Virus record (IMG/VR): IMGVR_UViG_3300031997_000006
Location: 9,614-73,613 of that record
Strand: one strand, 5' to 3'
From: a virus
DNA: 64,000 nucleotides
A program made the position numbers and the translations under genes. The notes under the pieces were generated by a model. The model had not been told where the DNA came from. It saw only the letters and a list, made by a program, of their open reading frames with translations, and made no database searches. Below, piece by piece: positions 9,246-19,563 of the stretch. Each line of letters starts with the position of its first letter. Position 1 is the stretch's first letter.

Positions 9246-11227
9246 TGAATGATGTCATAAGTATACCAAAATCTGTTAATATTACATTATTAGATGAAGT
9301 ACATTGTATAATTACAGGACTCTTTCCAATTGATAAAGATTATTTACACGACAAATATAATTTACTTACTAAAGATTATCTTTGGAATGCATATTTTAAA
9401 TTAGGTGTTTGGGATGGAAAAAAAGAGTTTTTTACTAAGAAAGGAAAAACATATATCTTTTTGTTGAATAATATTATCCCAATTGTTGTCAATTTTGGTT
9501 ATAAAGTAAATTTAATTGATAAACGAACAGCAGTTACTCATACACCTGATGTTGTGGTTGATGCTAATTATTTTAATCATATTATTAATCTAAAAACAAA
9601 AACACCTTACAAATTGGCAGATCATCAAATCGAAGCTGCAAATATGGCTATAAATTTAGGTAGTGGGATTTTATTAGCTGGGACAGGTTTTGGAAAATCT
9701 CAACCATTAACATCAAAAGTACTTACTCCTAATGGATGGGTACAAATGGGTGAGATTAAAATTGATGATTTAGTAATGACTCCTAAAAATACTATAACGA
9801 AAGTAATAGGAGTATATCCACAAGGTAATACAGATGTTTATAAAATAACTTGTAATGATGGAGCTACTGCTAGTTGTTGTGCAAATCATTTGTGGATTGT
9901 TCATAATGATAAAACTGTTGCTAAAGGTAGTAAACCGTTTACAATATGTGATACTAAAGAATTATTTACACGTTCAAATATGAGTGTACCTCATAGACCT
10001 CAAATTCCATTAATTCCAGTTGCAATTGATTTTAATAAAAAAGAATATACAGTATCTCCGTACGTTATGGGAGCTATAATACCGTTTTTATCTAAAGAAT
10101 GTCAAGAATTAGTGATATTGGAGGGAATACCTAATAATATATTATCAAGATTACAATATAATCTTAGTTCTTATGGTATAGATGTTCATTGGATGCGTGA
10201 TAACTTATATCGTTTATGTTCTAATAATGAAAATGTTGAAGATATTAATAATATAATTGATTTACAACTTGATTATAATAATATTAAAATACCTGATGAA
10301 TACATATACAGTACTTCAGCAGTACGTGCACTGTTTCTGAAAGGATTGTGTGATACATGTGGTAATATAACAAATATAGGTAGTATAAGTGTTATTAAGA
10401 TTAAAGAATCATTAGCATTTCAAATTCAAGAAATGGTATGGTTACAAGGTGGAGCTTGTAAAGTTAGTTCATTTGCAATTACTATACATCATAAAGATCC
10501 CTGTGCGTTTTTTAGTAATATGAAATATGTTACAAATTATCTTAAGCATAGTAGTGATGCACACGGAAATAATTTGATGCATAGTAGGCGAGTTGATTAT
10601 GTACAATTAGTTTCAAACGAACCAACACAATGTATATTAGTTGAAGACTCAGATCATTTATACATAACAGATAATTGTTTAATAACTCATAATACTATAT
10701 TAAACGGTGTATTAATTGACATATATGGAAAACTTGGATGTAAAACAATTACAGTAGTCCCATCAAGTACATTAGTTACTCAAACTTTAAAACAGTTTGA
10801 TATATTACAATTAGATGTTGGGCAATATGATGGTACAATAAAAGACCTTAACCATCAACATATTGTATCTACTTGGCAAACATTACAAAATAATCCAAAT
10901 TTGATAAGATTGTTTCAAGTAATTATATCAGATGAGTGTGTACATCCTAGTACTAAAATTAAAACAGATATTGGTGAAGTATATATAAAAGATTTAAGTG
11001 TTGGTGATTTAGTATTAACATATAATGAATATACAAAATGTCAAGAATATAAACCAGTTAAAAAAATATACAAAAATTTACCAAAAATACAAATTGAAAA
11101 AATATTTAAAATTACATTAGATAATAATAAAGAGTTAATTATTACAGGAAATCATAAAGTATTAACAGATAGTGGTTGGAAGCGGGTTGATGCATTAACA
11201 TTAACAGATCAAGTACTATGTTTTTAG
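9245..11227 (+). CDS. uvsW: UvsW-like SF2 helicase, N-terminal fragment (cis intein plus N-half of split intein)
   Basis: WDG, AGTGFGK|T Walker A interrupted by an intein, STWQT, IISDE then C-start intein N-half to the stop; likely ATG at 9245 overlapping the uvsY stop. Confidence 0.9.
   Translation: MNDVISIPKSVNITLLDEVHCIITGLFPIDKDYLHDKYNLLTKDYLWNAYFKLGVWDGKKEFFTKKGKTYIFLLNNIIPIVVNFGYKVNLIDKRTAVTHTPDVVVDANYFNHIINLKTKTPYKLADHQIEAANMAINLGSGILLAGTGFGKSQPLTSKVLTPNGWVQMGEIKIDDLVMTPKNTITKVIGVYPQGNTDVYKITCNDGATASCCANHLWIVHNDKTVAKGSKPFTICDTKELFTRSNMSVPHRPQIPLIPVAIDFNKKEYTVSPYVMGAIIPFLSKECQELVILEGIPNNILSRLQYNLSSYGIDVHWMRDNLYRLCSNNENVEDINNIIDLQLDYNNIKIPDEYIYSTSAVRALFLKGLCDTCGNITNIGSISVIKIKESLAFQIQEMVWLQGGACKVSSFAITIHHKDPCAFFSNMKYVTNYLKHSSDAHGNNLMHSRRVDYVQLVSNEPTQCILVEDSDHLYITDNCLITHNTILNGVLIDIYGKLGCKTITVVPSSTLVTQTLKQFDILQLDVGQYDGTIKDLNHQHIVSTWQTLQNNPNLIRLFQVIISDECVHPSTKIKTDIGEVYIKDLSVGDLVLTYNEYTKCQEYKPVKKIYKNLPKIQIEKIFKITLDNNKELIITGNHKVLTDSGWKRVDALTLTDQVLCF
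9698..10693 (+). mobile_element. Cis intein (332 aa) in UvsW Walker A, with degenerate LAGLIDADG domain
   Basis: Starts SQPLTSKVLTPNGW, has block-B NHLW, ends YITDNCLITHN|T; endonuclease motifs decayed (GAIIPFL, KGLCDTCG). Confidence 0.9.
10937..11224 (+). mobile_element. Split intein, N-half (IntN)
   Basis: CVHPSTKI...ITGNHKV...GWKRVDAL directly after DE of helicase motif II, then stop. Confidence 0.9.
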
Positions 11228-12333
11228 AACATTTTAATAAAATCAAGATTAAATCCTATCATAATCTTAATAGATATATAAAGTTAATTCAATCAAGAGA
11301 TTCTAATAGAAAGCTAATATATTTTGAAAAACATCACATACTACCAAGGTCATTATTTAAGGAGTTTGAAAATTCTGATTTTAATATAATTAAACTTACC
11401 CCTAGAGAACATTTTATCGCACATTTATTACTTGCGCGTACGATTGGTGGAAAAATGTGGTTAGCTGTAAGGTGTATGGCTAACGCTAAACCAGCACAAC
11501 TACATAGAGGTGAATATAAAGTTAATAGTAAAATATATGAAAGATTGAGAATTGAGAGTTCAAAAATAATTGCAACACTTGCTAAAACTCGTAGAGCAAA
11601 TGAAACATTGGAACAAAAAGTTAACAGGATTAAAAAATGGCAGGAAAATTTTTATAATAAAACATTGGAAGAAAAAACATTAATATGGAAAAGAAATTTA
11701 CAAACTAGAATAATAAACGAAACAGTAACATATTTTATATGTAGTTGCATTTCTTGTAGAAGCACAACAAAAAATATTAATAGACACAAGTGCAAGATAC
11801 CAAAAGTTAAAATACTTAAAATACCTAAAATAAAAATTATCCCAATAAAACAAATACTAAACTATACTTGCCCTATATGCGATAAAACAAATTTTAGAAA
11901 TGAAACATTTTATAATATTCATATTATAAAATGTCAAATACGATATAATAACAAAATAGAGAAAGAACAAGCTCGAAAAAATCGTTTATGTACTATATGC
12001 TTTAAACAATTTAATTCAAAACTTTGGTTTGATAAACATATAGAAATTGGAACTTGTCATTTACCTATTGAAGAACAGAAAAGAATATCAAGAAATAAAG
12101 CGAGACAAACTATGAATAGTAAATCTATTGAAGAAAAAGAAATTTATGGACAATTAATATCTCAAAAACGTAAAATATATTTACAATCACTTTCAGAAGA
12201 AGAATTGATATTATATCACAACAAATTACGAAAATCAGCACTTGCGTACTATGATAGCACTGCTTATAATCCAGCGATTAGATCTCAACAAATTAAAGAA
12301 GGTTTAAAAAATGACAAACATTCTAAAAATTGA
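11218..12333 (+). CDS. Free-standing HNH (MobE-like) homing endonuclease with C-terminal zinc-finger motifs
   Basis: EKHHILP...LTPREHFIAHLLL HNH core; CxxC motifs; overlaps both halves of uvsW. Confidence 0.85.
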   Translation: MFLEHFNKIKIKSYHNLNRYIKLIQSRDSNRKLIYFEKHHILPRSLFKEFENSDFNIIKLTPREHFIAHLLLARTIGGKMWLAVRCMANAKPAQLHRGEYKVNSKIYERLRIESSKIIATLAKTRRANETLEQKVNRIKKWQENFYNKTLEEKTLIWKRNLQTRIINETVTYFICSCISCRSTTKNINRHKCKIPKVKILKIPKIKIIPIKQILNYTCPICDKTNFRNETFYNIHIIKCQIRYNNKIEKEQARKNRLCTICFKQFNSKLWFDKHIEIGTCHLPIEEQKRISRNKARQTMNSKSIEEKEIYGQLISQKRKIYLQSLSEEELILYHNKLRKSALAYYDSTAYNPAIRSQQIKEGLKNDKHSKN

Positions 12334-13213
12334 AGAAATAGATTATATTGGTGATGTATATAATTTACATGTTGAAAATAATCATAATTATATTGCAAAT
12401 GGAGTAGTAGTATCAAATTGCCACGGAAGTCGTGCGAAAATACTCCAATCATTACTATCAGAGTACGGAAAGAATATTGCGCACAGATTTGGGTTAACCG
12501 GTACATTACCAGATCACCCAGTTGATTTAATGTTAGTTAAAGTTGTATTAGGTGATGTAATATTTACATCATATGCAAAAGATTTAATTGAAGCAGGTTG
12601 GTTAGCAACTCCTAATATTAGTATAGTGCAATTAAATGATGTAGCTTATTTACAAAAAAGTGGCGTAAATGAAATTGAACATTTATTATATGAGGAAGAA
12701 TTACATTTTTTAAAGAGTTGTATCACCCGACAACAATGGATTGCAAATTATATAATTGAAAAAAGTAAATCAAGTAAAATAGGTAATACATTGATATTAG
12801 TTAATAACATCGTGTACGGTAAACAATTAACAAAATTAATTCCAAATGCGGTATTTTTACATGGAAAAGATAAAGATGCTATAAGACAAAAGGTATACGA
12901 TTTATTTGAAGTTCAAGATGATTTAATTGTAATTTGTACAAAACAAATCGCAGGTGTAGGTTTATCGATAGACCGTATTTTTATTTTGATATATATAGAT
13001 GGGGGGAAGTCATTTATAAATACAATTCAAACAATTGGTCGTGGTCTTAGAAAAGGTCGTGATAAAGATTCAGTAGACATTATCGACATATGTGGTAATA
13101 TGGTTATATCAAATAACCATTTAAAACAAAGGATAAAGTATTATAAAGGTGCGAATTATTTTTATAAAAAACATACAATTGAATATTATAATGGAGATAT
13201 AAATTTGTGTTAA
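12311..13213 (+). CDS. uvsW: UvsW C-terminal fragment led by split-intein C-half (IntC, 12311-12418)
   Basis: MTNILKIEEI...VYNLHVENNHNYIANGVVVSN|CHG, then GLTGT and QTIGRGLR helicase motifs III and VI. Confidence 0.9.
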   Translation: MTNILKIEEIDYIGDVYNLHVENNHNYIANGVVVSNCHGSRAKILQSLLSEYGKNIAHRFGLTGTLPDHPVDLMLVKVVLGDVIFTSYAKDLIEAGWLATPNISIVQLNDVAYLQKSGVNEIEHLLYEEELHFLKSCITRQQWIANYIIEKSKSSKIGNTLILVNNIVYGKQLTKLIPNAVFLHGKDKDAIRQKVYDLFEVQDDLIVICTKQIAGVGLSIDRIFILIYIDGGKSFINTIQTIGRGLRKGRDKDSVDIIDICGNMVISNNHLKQRIKYYKGANYFYKKHTIEYYNGDINLC

Positions 13214-13695
13214 TACAAGACGAACAAAATAAAACAATTATAATTGATTCGTTATATGTACCGATTGTATCAGATTACATGTGGGTTTTGGACCTCAATA
13301 TGATGGATTATACATTAACACCAATTAAAATGTTAGAAGAAGTTGTATGTCCAACAATAACTCTTGATATTCGTGGTTATCATTGTAAAATACCAGCTAA
13401 TTGGTATATGTTAGTGTATGATATTCATACAACACAACTTGATTCTATTGTGATATCAGATTTATCAAATAAACAATACAGTGCACTTGTATACGGATCT
13501 AGTATGTTAAGACCTGAACCGGCAATTATAACAGTAATCGATTATGAACTGAAAGCAGTAAACACTTATCCATCTTTTAATAGACATTTAATGTTATGTC
13601 ATTCAATTGATACAGAAAAATGGGTTACGATATCATTTTCAGACACATATAATAGATTTTTACGAAATAAAGATCTTAGTGATATTATAAATTAA
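13207..13695 (+). CDS. Hypothetical protein downstream of uvsW
   Basis: 162-aa ORF, GTG start with GGAG RBS. Confidence 0.6.
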   Translation: MLIQDEQNKTIIIDSLYVPIVSDYMWVLDLNMMDYTLTPIKMLEEVVCPTITLDIRGYHCKIPANWYMLVYDIHTTQLDSIVISDLSNKQYSALVYGSSMLRPEPAIITVIDYELKAVNTYPSFNRHLMLCHSIDTEKWVTISFSDTYNRFLRNKDLSDIIN

Positions 13696-13711
13696 TAACT
13701 AAGGAGAATAT

Positions 13712-14080
13712 ATGTCATTAGTAAAAAAACAAAAGAAAGTAATAACAGAAAAAACATCGATATCGGTAAATGAATTTAAATCATGGATTTTAGGGGTGCA
13801 AGATATGCAAGGAGCTGATTGGTGCCCAAGTTCAGATCAATGGAAAAAAGTTCTTATGAAGATTGCTATATTGCAAGAAGTAGTTTATTCGAATAATACA
13901 CCAATTCAACATAATTATCAACCACAGTATCAGTCGACATTTGATCAATATGATCAGCAACATTCAACTAATACAACAGGTACTGCAATAAACAATACAC
14001 CTGTTCCTTTATATAAGGCAATCGATCTAAATAAAACACCTGATATTATAGTAGGTGAATACAAATCAGCATTTATGTAG
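13712..14080 (+). CDS. Hypothetical protein
   Basis: 122-aa ORF with AAGGAG RBS. Confidence 0.6.
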   Translation: MSLVKKQKKVITEKTSISVNEFKSWILGVQDMQGADWCPSSDQWKKVLMKIAILQEVVYSNNTPIQHNYQPQYQSTFDQYDQQHSTNTTGTAINNTPVPLYKAIDLNKTPDIIVGEYKSAFM

Positions 14081-14625
14081 TGAATACAAAACTACTAGAT
14101 AGAACGTTGTGGTATGATGGATCTGTAACGGTAAATCCGTCAGAGTTAATATCATTAGTATTGAAAAATAAGTTTAAAGGTAATTTGTATACAACAGAAA
14201 TAACAAAAGAGATTAATGATTACAATAGATTAGTAAACAGTGATAATCAAATATCAATAAAAACGGCTAATAAAGAGCTTAACACAAATTGGAATATTCC
14301 CAATGAATACAAACAGATAAATATCAAAAATTATATATTAGACAAATTAGGAAATGAAGTTATAGAATGTCATTTAAGTGATAAAGATGTTATATTAAGA
14401 GTAAGCCGAATCATAAAAGAATTAAAAATATATAACAAATTAAATCTAAATGATTTATTAAGAGCATTAATATACATTATAGATACGTTTAACAAAGAAA
14501 ACGTAGTATGGGGAGTAGGAAGGGGTAGTTCAGTATCAAGCTATGTATTATATTTAATAGGAGTGCATGATATTGATAGTGTATTATACGATTTAAATTT
14601 TAGTGAATTTCTCACAGGAGAATAG
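14080..14625 (+). CDS. DNA polymerase III alpha (DnaE)-like fragment, part 1
   Basis: VWGVGRGSSVSSYVLYLIGVHDIDSVLYDLNFSEFL matches DnaE GPGRGS..GSLVAY.LGIT..DP...LLFERFL. Confidence 0.8.
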   Translation: MNTKLLDRTLWYDGSVTVNPSELISLVLKNKFKGNLYTTEITKEINDYNRLVNSDNQISIKTANKELNTNWNIPNEYKQINIKNYILDKLGNEVIECHLSDKDVILRVSRIIKELKIYNKLNLNDLLRALIYIIDTFNKENVVWGVGRGSSVSSYVLYLIGVHDIDSVLYDLNFSEFLTGE

Positions 14626-14628
14626 AGT

Positions 14629-14874
14629 ATGTCAAAAGTAATAAGTACGTTAGGACAAGTTGTTGATTTCGGTAAATTAAAAATACAACATGAATTAGAA
14701 GAATCAAAAAACAATCCACCAGTTGTTGTAAAAGCTGAAGGTAGAGTAAGTACATTAGATCCAAATAAATTGGGTATGGGTATAAAGCCTAATTTAAAAG
14801 AGGGGTTGGTTTCATTAGCGTCTGATGCTACAGATCCAACTGATATTATTACAAGTAAATCAAAAAAGGTGTAG
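14629..14874 (+). CDS. Hypothetical protein
   Basis: 81-aa ORF with RBS. Confidence 0.5.
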   Translation: MSKVISTLGQVVDFGKLKIQHELEESKNNPPVVVKAEGRVSTLDPNKLGMGIKPNLKEGLVSLASDATDPTDIITSKSKKV

Positions 14875-14875
14875 T

Positions 14876-15169
14876 ATGGCAATAACACCGTTACATGATT
14901 CCATTATATTTGTTTTTGATGACATGGTTATTGGGAATGAATTTAATAATAAAACTGAATCTGGTATTGTATATAAAAGTTATTCAATGGATGCGTCAAC
15001 AGCAAGGTGGGCAACTGTATTGGCAATTGGACCTGAAGTTAAAGAAATTGTTATTGGTGATAATATTTTAATTGAAACCCTTAAATGGACTGAAGGATGT
15101 ACAATGTCCGATGGAAATAAAGTTTGGCGTACTACAGAAGAATGGGTTATGTGTGTTAGAAAAAAATAG
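14876..15169 (+). CDS. GroES-like co-chaperonin
   Basis: ITPLHDSII...KTESGIV...ATVLAIGPEVKEIVIGDNIL GroES pattern; ATG at 14876. Confidence 0.8.
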   Translation: MAITPLHDSIIFVFDDMVIGNEFNNKTESGIVYKSYSMDASTARWATVLAIGPEVKEIVIGDNILIETLKWTEGCTMSDGNKVWRTTEEWVMCVRKK

Positions 15170-15250
15170 TTTAGTAATGAAGTGCAGAAGTGATTAATTG
15201 TACACCAGATAAATATTGATACTAATGAAATATTTATCTGGAGTTTCACT

Positions 15251-16156
15251 ATGTTTTTTATTATAATACAAACCTTTATAACATTGTGCATCGCACTTAC
15301 CGCCGCAGGTTTCTCAATCTATGGGTTAGCTTATACTTTTTCGAGTGAATTCATGCCTGTTATTTTTATGGGAGTTGCATTAGAAGCAGGAAAACTAATG
15401 ACAGCATCATTTTTATACAGATATTGGTATAAAATTGGTTGGATATTAAAGCTATACTTATCGTTTGCTGTAATTATATTAGTTGTAATTACATCAGTAG
15501 GGATATTTTCATTTTTATCTAAAGGGTATCAAGAAGATACGCTCGTACTTAATAATAATAAAGTTAAAATTGAACAACTTGTTTCTGAAAAACAAGTTTT
15601 AATTGAACAAAAAAATGAAATTAATAAGTATCGAGCTGAAGCAGCTAAAGCAGTAGTTGGTGCTGAAAAAGGCACAAAACGTTGGATGTTTACTGGAAAA
15701 GATGAAACAGCAAAACAAGCTCGTAATGATATATCGGTTGTTGATAATAGAATAACTGAAATTGGAAAAGAATTATCGTTATTACAGCAAGCACAAATTA
15801 ATACTCAACTACATGTTGGACCTATAATTTATGTTGCAAAAGCGTTACATAAAGATGTTGATATAGCAACAACATATTTAATTATTTTATTAATTATAGT
15901 TTTTGATCCATTAGCTGTAGCACTTACCATATCTGTAAATATATCATTAAAACTTTTTTATGATGAAAAAATGCAGAATGAGTTGAATTCAAATAAAATG
16001 CTCCATATAATAGAGCCAAATCACATCGATTCAGATCAAGTAGAATCTGCTATTAAAGATACACCACTTACTGAAGAACAAATCCAACATACTCAATTGT
16101 TGGATGATGTTAATAAACGAAAACAACTAATTGACGATATTAGATATAATAATTAA
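15251..16156 (+). CDS. Membrane protein with coiled coil
   Basis: Three N-terminal hydrophobic helices (FSIYGL, LEAGKL, TSVGIFSFLSK), coiled coil, further TM segment IVFDPLAVAL. Confidence 0.65.
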   Translation: MFFIIIQTFITLCIALTAAGFSIYGLAYTFSSEFMPVIFMGVALEAGKLMTASFLYRYWYKIGWILKLYLSFAVIILVVITSVGIFSFLSKGYQEDTLVLNNNKVKIEQLVSEKQVLIEQKNEINKYRAEAAKAVVGAEKGTKRWMFTGKDETAKQARNDISVVDNRITEIGKELSLLQQAQINTQLHVGPIIYVAKALHKDVDIATTYLIILLIIVFDPLAVALTISVNISLKLFYDEKMQNELNSNKMLHIIEPNHIDSDQVESAIKDTPLTEEQIQHTQLLDDVNKRKQLIDDIRYNN

Positions 16157-16158
16157 TC

Positions 16159-18696
16159 ATGACATTTATAAAAAACGTACCATGGGATAAAAAATATCAG
16201 CCAACAAAGATAGCTGATTTTATATTTGAAACAGGAATGCATGAACAGTATTTTAATCAAGTAATTGATAAAGGCAGTATTCCAAACTTATTATTTTATG
16301 GTCCACGAGGAACTGGGAAAACTACATTAGCTCATATATTAATAAATGAATGTGGAATCGATCCTTTAGATGTAAAGATAATAAATGCATCTGATGATAA
16401 TAATGTTGAAACAATACGTGATGTGGTTAAAAGTTTTATAACTACAACAGCGATGGGTGAATATAAAGTTGTATTACTAGATGAGGCAGATTATCTTTCA
16501 CAGAGTGCTCAATCAGTATTAAGAGCAATGATGCTGGATTATGTAGATGTTGCAAGTTTTATTTTAACTTGTGTAACCGGAGATACAAAAGTATATACTC
16601 CATATGGGTATCAAAATATTGATAATGTTACTCCAGGAGTTCAAATAATTTCTAATAAATTAACGCTATTACAAAATCAAAGTACAAAAATCTCATATAC
16701 TGATTGTTTGGTACGATTAAAAACTCAACACGGACAAGATATATCAGTTACTCCTAATCACGTATTATTAACATTAAATGGTGAAATTACTGCTAAAGAA
16801 TTATTAATTGGTGATAATGTATTAATTAATATTAGGGCAATGTACGGCAATTCTTATAAGTATGAAACTTTATTAAACTTTTTTGATTTAAATGATTTTA
16901 AGGATTGGTTACACTATAATAAATCAATACCGTATAATAGTGAGTTTAATTATTTAGCAGAAAATTCTGTAGTTGTATTTATATCTGCGCACCATCAAAT
17001 ATATAAATGGATTGTTAATAACAATATACAAGAAATAAGTATAAGTATTATTGCCGCAGCTGTTAATAACATTAGTATTAATCAAGCGAGAAATTTTATT
17101 AAAAAGATTAAACAATTTTTAATACCACATACCCGTACACAAAATGCATATATAAAGTACACTATAACAGAATCATTAATTAATGAATATAATAGAGTTG
17201 TATATGAATATGAGACTTTATTTCATAAAAAGTATAATGACCATATTAACTTTCATGTACAGAGACAAAAAGCAGCAATGTTATCTGTTGAATCTATTAT
17301 ACAATCATTAAATCTCGATTTTACAGATGATCTTATATTATCAATGGGAAGATTAATAGGTATGTTGCATGGTGACGGTCATTTATCAACTAATATTCAC
17401 TTTGCCGCTGATAATCCAAATACATTAATCAAAATACTAAAAGATATTTCTAAAATCAAACAAACTAACATTAAGATTAGTAATAATGGAAAAAATTCTA
17501 ATGGATTGTGTATATGTTGGGGAGATAAAGCATTAAGTTTATTATTTGAATATTTTGGTGCCGCTACTGGTAATAAAACTATTCAATATAGAACAATACC
17601 AAAACATTGTTATAGTTCTAACTTATTTAAAAAAGGATTTATACAAGGTTTATTTGACGCAGATGCAACTTGGTGTGTAATCAATAAAAAAAACGGAAAA
17701 ACTGTTAATCCGATAATGTTTGGTCAACATTTTCATAAAGATCAATTAGATGAAAAATTTATGGAAGGTATTGTTGATTTACTTAAATCATTCAATATTA
17801 TAAGTCATATACACACATTTAATGTATCAGGAGGGTTTGGAATACAACAAGATAATAGGGTAGGTAAATCTATACAAATATTAACGCAAAATTCTATTAA
17901 ACAGTATTTATTATGTATTGGTAGTTATTATGATAAGTCAATGTCTGATGACATTCTTGGTTATTTGATGTATAAAGAACAACAATTAGGATATAATTTT
18001 GATACATTTACAGAGTGGAAACAAAATTACTATATTGATGGACATATTAATGACACTATAATAGAAGTTGTTAATGATACTGTAATTAATACTCCAGTAT
18101 ATGATTGCTGTTTTAACGATTATCATTGGTATATTACAAACGGGTTAATATCTCACAATTGTAACTACATCCAAAAGATTTTGCCCGAATTAAGATCTAG
18201 ATGTGAAGAATTTAAAATGATTGCCGGTAACAAAAATGATATCACAGAAATGGTTGTAAAAATTCTTATTAAAGAAAATGTAAAAATAACAGATGGAACA
18301 TTTGATATAATAGATAAGTTAGTTGATAAGGGATACCCTGATATACGGAAAATAATTAAGCTCACGCAGCAACATACCATAAATGGTGCTCTGGTGTCAT
18401 CTTCTATAGAAACATTGGGAGCGTTAAGTTCTGATGTATTATCTTACATCTCTAAAGATAAGTGGGGGAAAGTTCGTGAATTAGTTACGACAAGTATTTC
18501 AAATGCAACTGAATATGAAGAAATATATAGATTATTATATGATAACCTCCATATATCTAAAAAGTTCACAAACCCAGATAATTATGATTCTGGTATAGTA
18601 ACAATCGCAGAGTTTTTATATAGGCATTACACTTATAGTGATCCTGAAATTAATTTTGCAGCGTGTATAATATCATTAGGTATAATAGGTAAGTAG
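16159..18696 (+). CDS. Clamp loader ATPase subunit (gp44/RFC-like) with intein
   Basis: W..KYQP, GPRGTGKTT, INASD, LLDEAD, LT|intein|CN, LRSRC. Confidence 0.9.
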   Translation: MTFIKNVPWDKKYQPTKIADFIFETGMHEQYFNQVIDKGSIPNLLFYGPRGTGKTTLAHILINECGIDPLDVKIINASDDNNVETIRDVVKSFITTTAMGEYKVVLLDEADYLSQSAQSVLRAMMLDYVDVASFILTCVTGDTKVYTPYGYQNIDNVTPGVQIISNKLTLLQNQSTKISYTDCLVRLKTQHGQDISVTPNHVLLTLNGEITAKELLIGDNVLINIRAMYGNSYKYETLLNFFDLNDFKDWLHYNKSIPYNSEFNYLAENSVVVFISAHHQIYKWIVNNNIQEISISIIAAAVNNISINQARNFIKKIKQFLIPHTRTQNAYIKYTITESLINEYNRVVYEYETLFHKKYNDHINFHVQRQKAAMLSVESIIQSLNLDFTDDLILSMGRLIGMLHGDGHLSTNIHFAADNPNTLIKILKDISKIKQTNIKISNNGKNSNGLCICWGDKALSLLFEYFGAATGNKTIQYRTIPKHCYSSNLFKKGFIQGLFDADATWCVINKKNGKTVNPIMFGQHFHKDQLDEKFMEGIVDLLKSFNIISHIHTFNVSGGFGIQQDNRVGKSIQILTQNSIKQYLLCIGSYYDKSMSDDILGYLMYKEQQLGYNFDTFTEWKQNYYIDGHINDTIIEVVNDTVINTPVYDCCFNDYHWYITNGLISHNCNYIQKILPELRSRCEEFKMIAGNKNDITEMVVKILIKENVKITDGTFDIIDKLVDKGYPDIRKIIKLTQQHTINGALVSSSIETLGALSSDVLSYISKDKWGKVRELVTTSISNATEYEEIYRLLYDNLHISKKFTNPDNYDSGIVTIAEFLYRHYTYSDPEINFAACIISLGIIGK
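16570..18159 (+). mobile_element. Cis intein (530 aa) with LAGLIDADG endonuclease
   Basis: CVTGDTKV, VTPNHV, LIGMLHGDG and FIQGLFDADA motifs, ITNGLISHN|C. Confidence 0.9.
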
Positions 18697-18698
18697 CA

Positions 18699-19034
18699 AT
18701 GGCAAGACCAAAGAAAAAATCAATTGAAGATATGAATGTTGATGAAAAAGAGCAATATGATTTGAATTTTGTTGCAAATCATGCAACATTAAGCGACAGA
18801 ATTTCTTGGACTCGAAAACATGATAATATGCAAAAACTCATTGCACAAATTCATCCAGTTGAAGAACAAATTATTGAACTGCGGGCATCTATATTACCAA
18901 TATACGATGAAATTAATCAATTGAGACAAATTATGGTTGAAGAATGTGTACATCCAATAGATATGTTAGTATTACATAATAATTATATTGAATGTAAATT
19001 TTGTAATAAAAAGTTTAATCCAACATCTGTTTAA
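18699..19034 (+). CDS. Hypothetical protein with C-terminal Cys/His cluster
   Basis: CVHP...CKFC. Confidence 0.55.
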   Translation: MARPKKKSIEDMNVDEKEQYDLNFVANHATLSDRISWTRKHDNMQKLIAQIHPVEEQIIELRASILPIYDEINQLRQIMVEECVHPIDMLVLHNNYIECKFCNKKFNPTSV

Positions 19035-19342
19035 TATCCAAAAAATTTAGTATTTGCAGTGGTTTGTTTCCACGATTCATCACGTATTCCCTTATTAGAT
19101 GCATCTTGTAATTGAGTTACTGCAAAACTAATATTATCCTCATATTGGTCCCACGAGTCTTTTAAAGCTGGGGTCGGTCTTTCAACGTTTTCCTCTTTAT
19201 ACGCTCTGTGTACTAATTCAAGAGCGCTAAACCACACCGATTCTGTATCGTGTGCACCAGCTTTAATATATTTGCGAATAGCCATATTTTTTTCATATGG
19301 GATTGCATCTGATATGTCTTCTAACACTTGTGCTAATTTCAT
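19031..19342 (-). CDS. Hypothetical late protein
   Basis: MKLAQVLED N-terminus; downstream of minus-strand TATAAATA at 19500-19507. Confidence 0.6.
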   Translation of the reverse strand: MKLAQVLEDISDAIPYEKNMAIRKYIKAGAHDTESVWFSALELVHRAYKEENVERPTPALKDSWDQYEDNISFAVTQLQDASNKGIRDESWKQTTANTKFFGY

Positions 19343-19494
19343 GTTTGTTCTCTTTTCATCTTATTAATTGTACGTATTAAATCTGCATTTTTACGTTGCT
19401 CCCGACGCATTTTTACCTCTAAATCTTGTATAGTTTTTTGATACATTAATATTTGTAATTGCAGTCGTTTGATTTTAGGATCTATTGTATTCAT
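19339..19494 (-). CDS. Small coiled-coil protein (not in ORF track)
   Basis: MNTIDPKIKRLQLQ...KREQT*, 51 aa, starts just after the late promoter, stop overlaps the next ATG. Confidence 0.5.
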   Translation of the reverse strand: MNTIDPKIKRLQLQILMYQKTIQDLEVKMRREQRKNADLIRTINKMKREQT

Positions 19495-19499
19495 GTATA

Positions 19500-19534
19500 T
19501 ATTTATAATAGTTTTTATTAAACAGATATAAATA
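19500..19534. promoter_or_regulatory. Divergent T4-like late promoters
   Basis: TATAAATA on minus (19500-19507) and plus (19527-19534). Confidence 0.65.
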
Positions 19535-19563
19535 TAATTATATACATTAATAGGAGTAATAAC

